From the NCBI RefSeq assembly GCF_006345805.1, contig NC_042998.1, positions 184,760,001 to 184,824,000 on the forward strand: DNA of 64,000 nucleotides, given 5' to 3'. Source of the DNA: Octopus sinensis (Eukaryota). Position numbers and translations under genes: made by a program. The notes under the pieces were generated by a model. The model did no database searches, was not told where the DNA came from, and was given only the letters and a program-made list of their open reading frames with translations. This document shows positions 37,481-51,804 of this stretch, piece after piece (the first letter of the stretch is position 1; the number at the start of each line of letters is the position of its first letter).

Positions 37481-37487
<7 letters not shown>
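37164..37487. mobile_element. Foldback/MITE with ~115-bp inverted arms
   Basis: 37164-37278 is the near-perfect reverse complement of 37373-37487; 94-bp spacer. Confidence 0.9.
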
Positions 37488-37511
<24 letters not shown>

Positions 37512-37543
37512 TACTATTACTATTACTATTGTTATTATTATTA

Positions 37544-37591
<48 letters not shown>

Positions 37592-40169
37592 CATTATTAT
37601 TATTATTAATATATATATATAGGATTGTGCGTAGGTGCAAGAACATTTCCCAAGTAAATATAATACTCAGTATATCAAAAAGTAGAGTTCACTTTATATT
37701 GATTTATTTATACATTAGTTTACGGTTATATAAATTTGTTTTCTGTCATTTTTGTCTTCTTAGGACATATGAGAGAAATAATTGATACATTAGCAGCTGA
37801 CTACGTTAAAAAAAAATCCAAAGAAATTGTAAGAAGTTTAATTTAAAATGATTGCCTTTACAGACCTCATTTGAGAATAGACTAACCACTTAAGTTTAGC
37901 ATTAGTCATTAATGCATTGAAAAGCAATACTTACCTTAAGTAACATTTTCTTAGGAAGTACCAAAAACAATACTCGAGACAAGTTTGATGGAGCAGCATG
38001 AAGTGGTAGGGCTATAGCGAAGGGAGATAAATAACTATGGATATCAGCGTAAAAAAATACAATACCCATTTATAATCCAAGACTAATGAAAGTAATTAAA
38101 TACACATAATCATGCTCGTATGCGCACTGATATAGGTATATCAGTGAGCGTGCATGCTATATAGTCGATAAACGGAGAAACAAGGCTGAAAAATGTAGAA
38201 AGAATGTCGTAAAATACAATTTTTATACCTTAACTTAGCATTCGTCTTGCAAATAGATTATGGAAATTATAACAGAAAGTTCAATGAAAGCATGAAAGCA
38301 TATTAATGAAGTCAAGTAGTAACTAATTTCATATAAAGGAGTGTGAGATTCAATGAAAAAGATCAATGAAAAGTAATTAACAATAAAAATAATTAAAAAT
38401 GGAGGAAAAATGTTTACAAATGTGAACAAATGATTAATCCAGGATTAAGAAATACAAAATAAGTTGCAAAAGTGATAAGAAAAATCTGATGTTGGTCAGG
38501 GTATTTAAGATTAGAGCAGTTGGGTAGCTTCATGTCTATAAATGCGTGAGGAATCAGTGAAGAAGTTTAGAAGGGAAAATGTTACTATTTCTGAGATTGA
38601 TTTTTCTTCTATGATCTTTCAAAAATATTCGGTCTAAATATTTTCAATATCTTTCTATCATTGTAGTTTGAAGTTAGGCTTTCTACGGTTATTTGAAATA
38701 AATAAACTTATTCCCCCGGCAATTAATTTGATGATATGTAATGATAACTTTCTGTGGTAAGCCTATTCCTAAATAAGGTCTATAATCGTCATAACTTTAA
38801 ATTAAGCTTCACCCCACGACATACTCAAATGTTCTAATAATTTCAGTCCTTTCCCCTTTTCTTTTTGTTGCATTCTAAACCAATTCACCGACCCGCATAG
38901 CAATTTTTTTCCTCAAAAGATCTGGGGAGATCAAAAGGTTCGGAACCAATTTCTTAATCTGCGAACTAATGTAATAATATATATATATACATATGTATTT
39001 GGGTATGTGTGAGTGTGTTTAAAAAAATAAATACATACATACGTACATGTGGACATTATATATAAATGTGTGTGTGTGTGTGTGTGTATGTGTGTGTGTA
39101 CGCACGCATGCACACACATATACACACTTATGTACGTATGTTTGTATGTATGTATGCATACATGTAGAGAGAGGGAGATTGACAGTAGGTAGATAGTTTT
39201 GCATATAGTAATCTATTATATAATGCATTAATGTACCCCTCTCTCTGTCTCTTTCTCTCTCTCTATATATATATATAATAATAATTATTTGAGGGAATGT
39301 TATTCCTAACTTACAGGGAAAAATTCAATTTAGAAATACTAAATCAAATTTCACAAAATATTATATATTTTTATACAAATTAGAAAAACCCCACCTTTTA
39401 TCAATTCAAAATGAACAATTAAATTACACAATGTAGAAAATTACCTATAATAGAAATATTAAAATTAAAATAACAATGATATACCGATGATTAAGTAAAT
39501 TGCAAAATAATAATAAAAACGTATATATTTGGTATATATATATATATATATGAAAATATATATGTATGTATGTATTTGTGTGTGCGCATGTATACATAAA
39601 TATATATAAATACACACGTGTGTATATATATATATGTACATGTCTGTGTATACGTACATATAGATGTAAATATATGCATACATATACAAATACGCCTGCA
39701 CGCGTCTACTCATACATAGACACGCCCTCGCGCGCGCATGTGTCTTAAATGCCAATCTTCGGAATAAATCTATGACAAACACATATATGTTAAAATCAAA
39801 TGAAAGCAAAGCTACTAAAAGAATATTAAAATTCATACTCTAATAAGTTAGAAACTTTGGTAGCCGAGAATATATTTCCAAATCTGTCATACATATATCA
39901 GCCAAGAGCTGAAACACAAAATGCAATTGATGCATCATTGCATTCGTTGGTAGATTTTTTTAATATGATGTCATGACTGAGGAAATACAGATTTTTCTCA
40001 TTAAAATATCGTTGCAAGTTAGCTTAATATACATATATAGATACATTCTCCCGCAAAAACAGACACACAAGTCTGTATTCACACAAATATCCTTAACATG
40101 CGTACATAACACTCCTAATTCCCTTCCCTCCCTACACATTAAGTATGCGACCATGTGCGCACGCGTTTA

Positions 40170-40600
<431 letters not shown>

Positions 40601-41063
40601 ATTGATAGAAGTATCTACATCACTTAAAAGTTTTATATTAATCAATTTCGCGAAATTTTTTTTATTAGTATCCTAACCATAGGCACACACACACATACGC
40701 ACAGACACATATATGTATGTGCATACACATATATACATACACACACATATCTAGATATAGATACGCACACAATTTATATAGTATATGTATAATATATATA
40801 TGTATATATATGTGCATATATGCATATCTAACATACTTATTCATTTACATACACGCGCGCACACACACATATACGTGTGTATATGTATACATTTATATAT
40901 GCCTATGTGTATGTGTGCGCACTTGTGCGACCATACAAAACTTCTTAATTATATAATTTTTTAATATAGATGATTTGAACTTTTTGCGAAGACCAATGAT
41001 TTTCTCTTTATATATATATATATATATATAGTAGAAATATGCTACAAAAACAAAATAGAAATA

Positions 41064-41117
<54 letters not shown>

Positions 41118-41644
41118 CATGAATTGGAAAATGTTTTAATATACATTCCGGGTATAAATATGAAAAAATATATAAATTCTGTAGAATATCATTTTTTTAT
41201 CTTTCAGAATTATTATTTTTTTTGCCTTCCATCATCTTCTCCTTCCAGCCTTAGCGCCAACTTTTTAATGCTGAAAATATTATCTTTGCAACTTAGTAGA
41301 ATTAATTCAAATCCAGTTGAATGCCTACATGCATATCTCAAATTGTGAGTCAACAACAAATTTTTTCGAACGTACCGGATCAAAGACATGAGGCTATGAT
41401 CATTACACACGCATACATATATACATGCATACATAAATGCATGCATACATACATACATACATATATTCATGCATATATACTTATACACACTCGCGCGTAC
41501 ACACACACACATATATGTACATACATACATACATATATACAGACAGACAGACAAACAGACAGACATACAGGCAGACAGACAGGGTGGCAGACAGGCAGAC
41601 AGGCAGGCAGACATACATACAGACAGACAGACAGACATATAGAT

Positions 41645-41707
<63 letters not shown>

Positions 41708-41806
41708 TGTTTCTTTATTAGCCAAACAGAGCTGCACACAGACGGGACAGATTACAAAGTAGAGCTTTTCTTTTTGGGCAGAAGAAAAAAGACAGACAGA
41801 TAGACA

Positions 41807-43048
41807 GATTAAAAAATTCCTGGCCTAGTTCTGTAGCGCGCCAACAGATGGCAACACACGGTTTTGTGCGCAGTGAGAGTGAGCAATGAGATTCATGAGG
41901 CAGTTTGCCGAGTGACATCGTAGTATTTACTTCGCAAGCTGTGAAATCTGAGTCTTTGTGATCACGTGTATGCTGTAGTCTGCGATTTTGTCATGGGCAA
42001 GAACAAAGAGCTAACGTGAAATTTGGCGTTAAACTTGGAAAGTTTGCTACAGCGACACTGAACGTGCTTCGGGAAGCTCACGGCTTCAAAAAGGGGGTGA
42101 AGGTCTCTGGAAGATGGTGAGCAATCTGGAAGGTGATGGTGAGCAATATCACCCCTGGAAATGTCAAGAAAATTCATTATCTTGTGCATGAGGATCGTCG
42201 AAGGACAACCAATGACATTGCTGATGTCGTTGGTCTGTTGTATGGGTCCGTGCGAATAATCCTAACGTCTGAATTGAACATGCAGCGTGTCTCTGCTAAG
42301 TTTGTCCCCCGCCTGCTGACCACTGAGCAGAAAGAACAACGCCTCGAAGTCTCTCAATCGTTCGCGTGCTGCTGATGACTCATCCTTCATGTCGAAGATC
42401 ACCATTGGTGACAAGAGTTGCGCCTACAATTAAGACCCTGAGACGAAGCAGCTGTCGTTACAATGGAAGAGCCCTTCATCTCCACGACCGAAGAAAGCAC
42501 GACAGAGCTACAGCTCATTCTAGAGCATGCTTATCGTTTTTTTTTGACATCCGCAATATTGTGCATCGAGAATTCGTCTCCTAGAGCCGGACCGCAAATC
42601 GGGAGGTCTATGCGACGCTTTGAAGCGTTTGAAGGAGGATATTCGGCGAAAGTGACCGGATCTGTTGAGTGCAAAGAATTGAATTCCTCACGACGATAAT
42701 GCACCCTGTCACCGGGCTCTCTTCACTCGTGAGTTTCTCGCCCAAAACAACATGGTATCGCTTCACCAGATTTAGCACCTGCAGATTTCTATGTCTTTCC
42801 CAAGAGGAAAATGCAGCTCAAAGGTCGCCGTTTTATCACCTTTGTCGAGATTAAGAGCGAATCGCAGAAAGTCTTGAACTCGCTTACGGAAACGATTTCC
42901 AGGCCGGATTTCAAAAGTGGCAGGGACGCTGGAACCGGTGTATTGCCTCGAAAGGTGACTATTTCGAAGGAGATGGTGTTAAAACTTAGGTAAATAAGTT
43001 ATTTTTTATAAAACATAAATTGTCAGGGGACTTTTTGGTACCACCTAG

Positions 43049-43050
<2 letters not shown>
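41807..43050 (+). mobile_element. Mariner (DD34D-type) transposon remnant, multiply frameshifted
   Basis: EQRANVKF.VKLGK, TIGDKS (TGDE-like), HDDNAP, DLAPADF, C-terminal ASKGDYFEGD; right TIR ends ...ccacctagta. Confidence 0.9.
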
Positions 43051-43090
<40 letters not shown>

Positions 43091-44060
43091 CTTATGTATT
43101 TAAGTAGCTATACTTTGCGTATACGCCTGGTAGGTGTTCATTGACTTCATTGAACGAATTACCTTTTGAAAAGTCACCTGACAAGACACATCTGTACTGA
43201 TGTTGCTCCATAAGTTGTACTATATCTCATCCGCGAGAGACTACCAGTTTATGCCCACAGATTGCAATGTACAGTCACACTTTGCATATTTTGACCCACT
43301 CTAAAAGCACGAGCATGTATGAAAGAGGACCTTTAAAATCGTATTCGATTAAATGCTAACACATGTAGGTATCCACTCTGTTACCTCCGTGCATTTCGTA
43401 AAATAACTGGAATCATGCCTAAATCAGAAAATATTACATTAATATAACAGCATTCCTCTGAAATAGTATTCTATTCATTTTTTTTTTATTTAATAAAGTG
43501 ACGTAGTATTTATAAATACCACAATCGATCCGTTGTTCTCCTTGCATAGTATTCTTCGTTATATAACTAATGTATGATAATATTTTGCTTTGCACAATTA
43601 TGTATTCACTAGATTAATCTTCGAAACATTTCAATATATATTTAAAAGTAAAATTAAATTCAGTTTTAACTGTTGCGGTTATAGATTGCTAGAGGTTTTA
43701 TTGTTAGTTCCGTCAATGACCCGAGCTAATTGGTCAAACGTCATCAGTTTCTGTGTCTCTCCAGAGATTTGAGAAAGCAATCATAACAGCGATTGATTGA
43801 CCGATTTATGAACGGAGAGTGCATAATTACGCTAGAGTTACAAAAAAACAATATTCGTTATTTGTAACAATGCAATGCGTACGCTTGTGTATGGTTGTGT
43901 CTCTATGTTTGGATATACTCATGTGTGTATTTGAATATGCGCGTATGCCTTGAGTGGCAAAGAGAGAGAGGGGGGGTGGGGAGGGAGGGAGGGAGGGAGG
44001 GAAGGAGAGAGAGCCAGTGTATGCGTATGTATAGTGTTATGTGTTATAGTTTATCTATCG

Positions 44061-44280
44061 ATGAGGGGATTCTGAAAATTTCCTGGCTTTAAGGGGATCG
44101 TGAAAGGCCTGGTTGGAGGTCCAACCTTCTGATTTCTTTTCCATGGGATAGAAAACCCGAAGAACCGCTGCAATAAGTGTGTAAATCTGAGAGAGGAATA
44201 TGCTGAATAAAATCATAATTAACTGATCCTACTGTATTTTCTTTTACCAAAAGCCTGGAACTTTTCATTAATCCCTCATA
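44061..44280 (+). mobile_element. Internally deleted mariner derivative (MITE)
   Basis: TIRs atgaggggattctgaaaatttcctggcttt / aaagcctggaacttttcattaatccctcat; retains the transposase end KCVNLRGEYAE*. Confidence 0.85.
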
Positions 44281-44654
44281 TAGTTTCCATATTCCTCCTG
44301 AGGTCTGAATCATACGCCCCCACCCCACGAGTATCACTTACCACTGCATAGAAATCTACCTAAAACTTGACATTCATTCAAACACATGATTGTGCACCCA
44401 CACCACTCAATAAATATGCAACACTATATTTATTTGTTCGAATATATCCGCTAATTTACTGCTTCACTACGCGAAGTTTCCTCTTGTGGGGCGACCTAGT
44501 GAAAAAAAATAAAGATGTATGTATATATACATATATACATGTATACATATATATGTGTGTGTGTGTGTGTGTGTATGTGTAAATAGGTATAATATGTATA
44601 CATATGTATATATGTGCATATGTATATACGTACGTATGTATGTATTCTTTTGTT

Positions 44655-44871
44655 CTTTTACTTGTTTCAGTCGTTTGACTGCGGCTATGCTGGAGCACTG
44701 CCTTTTAGTCGAAGAAATCGCCCCCAGGACTTATTCTTTGTAAGCCTGGTACTTATTCTATCGGTCTCTTTTGACGAAACACGAAGTTAAGGAGACGTAA
44801 ACATACCAACATCAGTTGTCAAGCGATAGTGGAGGGGACAAACAAACACAGACACAAAGACACACACATAA

Positions 44872-44926
<55 letters not shown>

Positions 44927-45087
44927 CGACGATCTCTCATTTTCCGTTTACCAAATCCACTTACAAGGCTTTGGTCGGCCCGAGGCTATATTACAAGACA
45001 CTCGCCCAAGGTGCCACACCGTGGGATTGAACCCAGAACCATATGATTGGAAAGCAAGCTTCTTACCACACAGCCACGCCTGCGCCT
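44655..45087 (-). mobile_element. SINE family A, full length, antisense
   Basis: tttacttgtttcagtcgtttgactgcggctatgctggagcac...cttaccacacagccacgcctgcgcc. Confidence 0.92.
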
Positions 45088-45780
45088 ATATGAATGTATA
45101 TATGTATGTATGCATGCATGCATGTATGCATGCATGTTTGTATGTATGTATGTATGTACGTATGTATGCATGCATGTTTGTATGTATTCATGCATGCATG
45201 CATGTTTGTATGTATTCATGCATGCATGCATGCATGCATATATTATGTATGTATGTATGTATGGTCTTCATTTCACGTCAGCAACAATTCTAGACAAGTG
45301 AGAAGAAAAATATTTTTCACTCGATCTGTCAAAGACCTAAACTCATTGCAGAGGTACCTTGATTTTCTAGTATCAGGGACTTACAGAGTGATTGCAGCAC
45401 AATAAATTTTCTGATTTTTTTTCTTTTTTTTTAATTACTGGAACAAGGATAGCCCATGAGTTTTCCAGGATTTCTTAGACAAGTAAGATTAATGTAGGCT
45501 AGAACCTGCAGAAAACAAAAGAAAATATAATTGAAATTCCTGGTAAGAAATAATTCGGCCAATAATTGGGTATTGCGATAGCAAAGAATATTGAGCAGAA
45601 AATAATGTGTACGTTGGATATAACTGGGTGGAAGAATATGCAATCAGTTAGTTCAGAAGAACAATGGGTATTGGAGTATCAGCAGAAGACACAGAACGAA
45701 GCAACAGTTTGCCCATGGACCAGTTGTTTTAACGTTTTGTTGGGTGACGCTTTACCAGATATATGAATACATATTTAAAA

Positions 45781-46004
45781 GGCGGCGAGCTGGCTGAACC
45801 GTTAGCACGCCGGGCGAAATGCGTAGCCGTATTTTGTCTGCCGTTACGTTCTGAGTTCAAATTCCGCCGAGGTCGACTTTTCCTTTCATCCTTTCGGGGT
45901 CGATAAATTAAGTACCAGTTACGCACTGGGGTCGATGTAATCGATCCGTTTGTCTGTCCTTGTTTGTCCTCTCTATGTATAGCCCCTTGTGGGTAATAAA
46001 GAAA
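45781..46004 (+). mobile_element. SINE family B, full length, with probable 14-bp TSD
   Basis: cagatatatgaata at 45756-45769 and 46005-46018; 11 extra nt sit between the left copy and the head. Confidence 0.92.
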
Positions 46005-46529
46005 CAGATATATGAATAGTCTTTCATTTGGGTCTAGAAGGTTTTGTTTATAATAATGTATGCGTGCAATACTTCAATGCGGGCCTTTATTTGAGTCTTG
46101 TAGAGAATTTTGCGTCAATAAAGAAGAGATTTTGCTTCACACACACACACACACACACACATTTATACGTAATCGCCCACTCCCACCCAAGAAAAAATAT
46201 GGCCCTCCCAGATATATCCTACTGAAAATCTTTTAAAATTCAGTAACACAGCTGTCACATCCGGTGTATCAACTGCCATTGTGTCATTTCTAGTTCCATA
46301 CACCACATGGTTAATTTTGTTTCGAATTACTTTATCTTGATAACATTTTAACTTCAACCAAATCGATATTTTCATTATATATTAAGAAACAATAACGCGT
46401 AAACTGAAAACTAAGATATCACCAAAGATTGAGAAGCACAACGTTTAGGACCTTTAGTTGGAGTTTAATTGTTCAGTTTTACAGAAGTCAATGTAAAATC
46501 TGTAAATGAAAAATTTAAATATTTCAGAA

Positions 46530-46950
46530 TGGAGGAGTTTCTAACTAATATCTGTATAACTTTGTCGGATTATCACCCATAATTATGACCCTAGTATCGA
46601 TCTATTGCATTTCAATCTGTTTTAGGGTTAGGGTTAGTTAGGGTTAGCGGTGGGGGGAAGGGTATCTTTTTTTCTTCACAAATGTAAATAAAACCAATCT
46701 GTTTCTTAAACGAGGGACATATTCATACAGTACAGAATGTTTTTTTAACTCAATAGACGTCAGTGATTGGTTGAAATTGCAGAAATTGAAGAAAAAACAC
46801 AGCAAATATCTTACTAACTATAGAATTTTCTCAATAAAGCCAAGAGAAAAAGATGTTTTATAAACACATTCTACCAGTATACGAAGTTTAAAATTTTTTA
46901 GTAACATAGAAATTATGTTAAAAACTGCCGTTCAAACAGAAACGGTCCAC
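46530..46950. mobile_element. Probable non-autonomous DNA element carrying TTAGGG repeats
   Basis: ttagggttagggttagttagggttag at 46622-46647; weak terminal similarity tggaggagtttct / agaaacggtcca. Confidence 0.4.
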
Positions 46951-48062
46951 TTTGTCTCTTTCGAAGATCGTATTGTAAGCGAAGAATTGAGAAGTGAAAA
47001 GGTTTGGAAAATTACTTTCTGTTGTTCTTAAGTGTGCATGTCATAGAAGTTTGTAACTTATATACATTGTAAATTTCCGTCATTCAAACAGCTTTTGTTA
47101 CTCCAGTCTCTGTTTATATTCATCGGATTCCCTTAAGACAGAAAACACTTATTTTTTTTTATTATGTTCACTTAGTGTAACTATTTGTATCAGATTTCTT
47201 TTATTATTTACTAAATATTTTAATAGTCCTACAGTAGATATTTTATAGTACTTTCGTATTCTGAGATGAAACTCTACCTCGATTTATTTGTGAGAAATAT
47301 ATTTCTGTGTCGGTTTTTGGGTAGCAGATTCGAAGTGCAGTCACTATTTTTCTTGTTTTCCTGTCTATTCTTGCTAATTCACTCAGCTTCCTGTAAAGAG
47401 TATTATAACTATAAACTACTGAAAGAACCAGAGTATTGACATCTATTACCTTGTTTTTAGTATTTAATTTAGTTTAACAGTATTAATCTAATGTGTCTAC
47501 AATTTTCCTCCATAAACTTTTCACTTGTGAGTTTACTGTGTCTGGTTCATTAATTCCTAAGTATTTATAAGTCATTATTTTGTCACTTATAAGTCATTAT
47601 TTTGTCTCTTATTTGTAATTTTTTTTATCTATCATAACATAAGTGTTGTTTTATTAATGTTTTTCCTCTTCGAGATTCTTTTCTTGATGGCATTGACATG
47701 TTTTTACAAATCTATATCAGTTTCCGTACCGAATCCGTAACAATGTTTCCAGTTATTTGTTACCTGCAGGATATAATATAACATAAATACAGCCATATTT
47801 TTTATTACTTCATCAAGGAAAGCATGGTATCACCTACGCCTTTTTATTATTTTTTTCAGGCCTCCAAATATGTTGAAATGAAGGGAGTAAGTTATTTTCA
47901 AATGCGTGGCTTGGCGCGAATGTTTGCGATAGAGTGAACCCAGCTCGATGAATTGGTGTTAAATGGGGCAGCAGATTATATATGTCACCCAACAACTCAG
48001 AAACCTCCTCCTCCTCCTCCTCATCATCATCATCATCAGCATCATCATCCTCATCCTCATCC

Positions 48063-48079
<17 letters not shown>

Positions 48080-48095
<16 letters not shown>

Positions 48096-48560
48096 GGCTT
48101 TCAATAGTTCCATATGAGTTTTTTATTGTGCCATCAAAGGGCATATTCATGTTCCTGAGGCGCATGTGCGATGTTCTATGGAAAATGTAGGCTCGTTCTC
48201 CTGTTCTACATATGTTTTGTATTGTTGTGGGTGTTTGTTTTGTCGTTTATCACGTTTCTTCAATGTTTCGTGTGCTATGTGCATTGTAATATTTTGTTGG
48301 GTAGTTTTATGCAGTGCCGGATTTTGTTATATTTTCGGGTTGTAATTCTGTATAGTATACATTGAGTGAGTTCTTATTTTATTGGTTGATGATGTATAGA
48401 ATGTGTAATATGTTTTTGTATAGAGCGTACTGTATGAGTTGTGTTGCTGCGTAGGATATGTCTAGAAGAGTTGTGAGGCTTGATATAACTTTAATGTCTA
48501 TAATCGCGTTCTTCTTCATCACACTTTGTGTTCCGATTCTTTTGCTATTGTTTTCACTTA
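48080..48560 (-). mobile_element. Possible decayed Penelope-like relic
   Basis: A/C-rich minus strand containing KTYVEQ....IEHR, loosely like the second GIY-YIG motif; no intact ORF. Confidence 0.25.
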
Positions 48561-48821
48561 CAAGCACCACAATCTGTTGGAATGAATTGGAAAAGTTATT
48601 TTCAAATGCGAATATTTGCGATAGAGTGAACCCAGCTCAAGAGATTGTCATACTCTACATCCTGTTATTATTATCTTACAAGGGGTTGAGATTTGTCGGC
48701 AATTGAGTGGTCAGAGTGAAACTTGTGCAATTCTCAACAGCTCTTATCCACGACAGCCTCTTTATCACGCGAAACAGAGGATAGGCACTATGTTGTTGGT
48801 AGAGTGATCCAAAGATTTAGA

Positions 48822-49215
48822 CAGGCGTGATTGTGTGGTAAGAAGCTTTCTTCCTAACCACATAGTTCTGAGTTCAGTCCCACCACGTGGCACCTTGGGC
48901 AAGTGTCACTACTAAAGCCTCGGGTCGACCAAACCCTTGTGAGTGGATTTGGTAGACGTTTATATATATATGTATGTATATATATATGCGTGTGTGTCTT
49001 TGTGTCTATTTTTGTAACCCACCATCTCTTGACAACTTTTGTTGGTGTGTTTACGTCCCCATTATTAGCGGTTCGGCAAAAGAGACCGATAGAATAAGTA
49101 CCAGGCTTAGCAAAATAATTAAGTAGTGGGGTCGAGTCATTCAACTAAAAAGTCTTCAAGGTGGTGCCCCAGCATGATCGCAGTCTAATGACTGAAACAA
49201 GTAAAAGATAAAAAA
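48822..49215 (+). mobile_element. SINE family A, full length
   Basis: caggcgtgattgtgtggtaag...ggtggtgccccagcatgatcgcagtctaatgactgaaacaagtaaaag. Confidence 0.92.
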
Positions 49216-49384
49216 TGAAAGGCAAGATCAAATGTCACATCTGGCTGCTATTCTTAATGCCGTTTGTTTTGATTTCATCTTAAGAGAATGGATTGCTTCA
49301 ACATACAACGATAGTTATTCAGTGGCCATACTTAACAGCTACCTATCAGAAAAGTTTCTCGTCACGTGTTCAATCCACCAGCAA

Positions 49385-49650
49385 TATTTCCTCTCGTCTC
49401 CTCTGTATATTTTGGGGCTCGAACGATTACTGAGAGGTGAGATGCGTTGGGAAGTATCTCGCTTAAATATATAGATATCGTGGTGAGATCTGTGTCCTCA
49501 AGTATGAGAGAACGATGTCCAAGTCACGTTGTCGAGCGCATCGGAATTTGATGTCGGCAGCATACTGAAATATTACCAAGTGGTAAAGGGTACATGCATT
49601 AACTGGGACAAGTCGGTGTGCTTATAGCTTAGCGCTTGAAGGGACAAGTC
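49385..49650 (+). mobile_element. L1/Tx1-type RT relic
   Basis: SPLYILGLERLLR and VGSILKYYQVVKGTCINWDKSV resemble Tx1 RT motifs (SPLLY.LALEPL; Y..V.GA.IN..KS). Confidence 0.55.
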
Positions 49651-50574
49651 TATTGGAGTCGGTAACTTCTTATGGTGAAACTAAGGTTAGGTTAAAATTT
49701 GGTTCGTCCCGAACCTCCAAGAAAAGACAACTAAAAATAGATTGCGAACAGAATGGCTACTCTCTCTCAAATAGTTTTATTTGCTACTTTCTTCCGAGTG
49801 ATCTTTTGGTGCTAAATGAGTGATCAATAGGCCATAGTTCCGTGGCTGATTATGATATTTAGACGCCGCTTTAAACTCCTTGTCTGTCAGCACAGGCATG
49901 TCATCAAGTGCCTCAGCTATTTCATTTCAACATACCGAGTATGGTACATATTTCCACACATTTTTTTCAGTTCATATGGATATAACCATACACCCAGTTA
50001 CATGGATATTGCTATAAACCCTGTCATATCTGATGATATATTCTATCTTTGTGCGGACTAAGCTGTTAATATTAATGCAGTCGATCATTCATTTTTATTA
50101 ATTAGTCCGCAGCTGATATCAGCTTTAACATATATCATTCCGTTGAGATACTTCTCTAATCATATTTATTGTGGCTTCTAATTTGCTTCAGTTGTTGCTT
50201 TTGTTGTTGGAATATCTTCCAATGTTGTTATTATTCTTAAAATTAATATCTTGATAGTTTCAAATACATAATTTTGATTGAAAGTGCCAAGACCTTTCAA
50301 AGTGTCTTGTGCAATGTGTCTATGTCACAATCAGTTACTTCAACTCTTTTCATTTTCAATCAAAATGAAAAAAAAATTCACTTTTTCTTTTAAGTTTGTA
50401 TTTTCAGCATATTTAGTTATATCTTTCTTCAGTTCGTTTACATATTTATTTTTTATTTCACTGAATAAGGATTGGTCATTTTCTGTAAGTTTGTGAATTT
50501 TATAGAACATATTTTCCTTATTTATTTATTTATTTATTGTGGGCTTCTATAAAGAGTGACTTACTTCAATGGCA

Positions 50575-50950
50575 TTTCTTTCAGCTTTTTAGACTTTGAG
50601 TTCAAATCTCGCCGAGGAAAACTCTGCCTTTCATCAATAAAATAAGCAACAGTCAAGTAGTGGAAATCGATGTAATCAGTTATACACCTCCCTCTAAAAT
50701 TGTTGGCCTGTTATCATCATTGTTGTATTTAAGACGGTGGGATGGCAGAATCGATAGCGCATCGGTTAAAATACTTAGCGGCATTTCTTCTGACTCTTTA
50801 AATTCTGAGAATAAATCTTGTCATTATGAGTATAAATCTTATCAAAGTCAACTTTGCCTTTCATCCTTTCGGGGTCGATAAAATACGAACCATCAAGTCG
50901 ATGTAATCGACTATATATCTCCCCTTAAATTTGCTGGCTTAGTGCCTAAA
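50575..50950 (+). mobile_element. Two tandem diverged SINE family B copies
   Basis: gagttcaaatctcgccgagg...gcctttcatc (50577-50635) and gtcaactttgcctttcatcctttcggggtcgataaa (50846-50883). Confidence 0.8.
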
Positions 50951-50964
50951 TTTGAAGCATCGTT

Positions 50965-51090
50965 ATTGGTGGTGGTGATGGTGGTGGTGGTTTTGGTGGT
51001 GGTGGTGGTGGTTTTGGTGGTTTTGGTGGTGGTGGTTGTGGTTGTGGTGGTGATGGTAGTGGTGGTGATGGTGGTGGTGGTGGTAGCAAT
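50965..51090. repeat. (GGT)n repeat
   Basis: Directly visible. Confidence 0.95.
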
Positions 51091-51740
51091 GGTGAAGCCA
51101 GAAAAACCATATCCCTCTATATTTAATGACTTACAGATTTAACAATAAAAGCGAAATATCATAAATAACAAAATACATATTCTTGGCAGCTGCATTTAAG
51201 GTGCATTGCTGCAGAGAATTAGCTACGAAGAATAATCTCACTTCATAAAAAGAATTTGCCGTTGGCAAATAGATGTTGCAGACGTACATTTACAAAAAGA
51301 AAAACAAAAACTGTAGAATAGAAAAGACAGAAGTGTTTGGGAAAAAATGGTAAATTTCAGCAAGCTTTGTCAAGACTTTGGGGCATTATTTCTGTTTTAC
51401 AATTCCAACTGCTTACTATGATACGGAAAACCAAATGCAATTAACGGACAGAAACACTGATTTGAATGATGTTTTTATATTTGTAACTGTGGTCTTTGTT
51501 ATTGTCGTTGCTGTTGTTATTGTTACTGGTCTTGCTACATTCGTTGATGTTAATTTGTTGTATTGTTGGTTTTCTTTTCATTGAAGTACGATGAGTGGAG
51601 GTGTGAGAGTCGAAGACGGTGATGGCGATCATAACCACTATGACACAAGCGGTGTGGTGATGACAATATCAATCTTAATTGCAAACAAACATTCAGCACA
51701 GCTAAAGTTACTACTGCTACTACTACTACTACTACTACTA

Positions 51741-51804
<64 letters not shown>

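Noticed and set aside
45560-45770. 66-aa ORF MGIAIAKNIEQ...
   Set aside because: At best a decayed LINE endonuclease fragment; too weak to call.
49900-50260. Minus-strand LNINSL...YIIRYDR fragments
   Set aside because: Suggestive of a LINE endonuclease relic but too decayed to annotate confidently.
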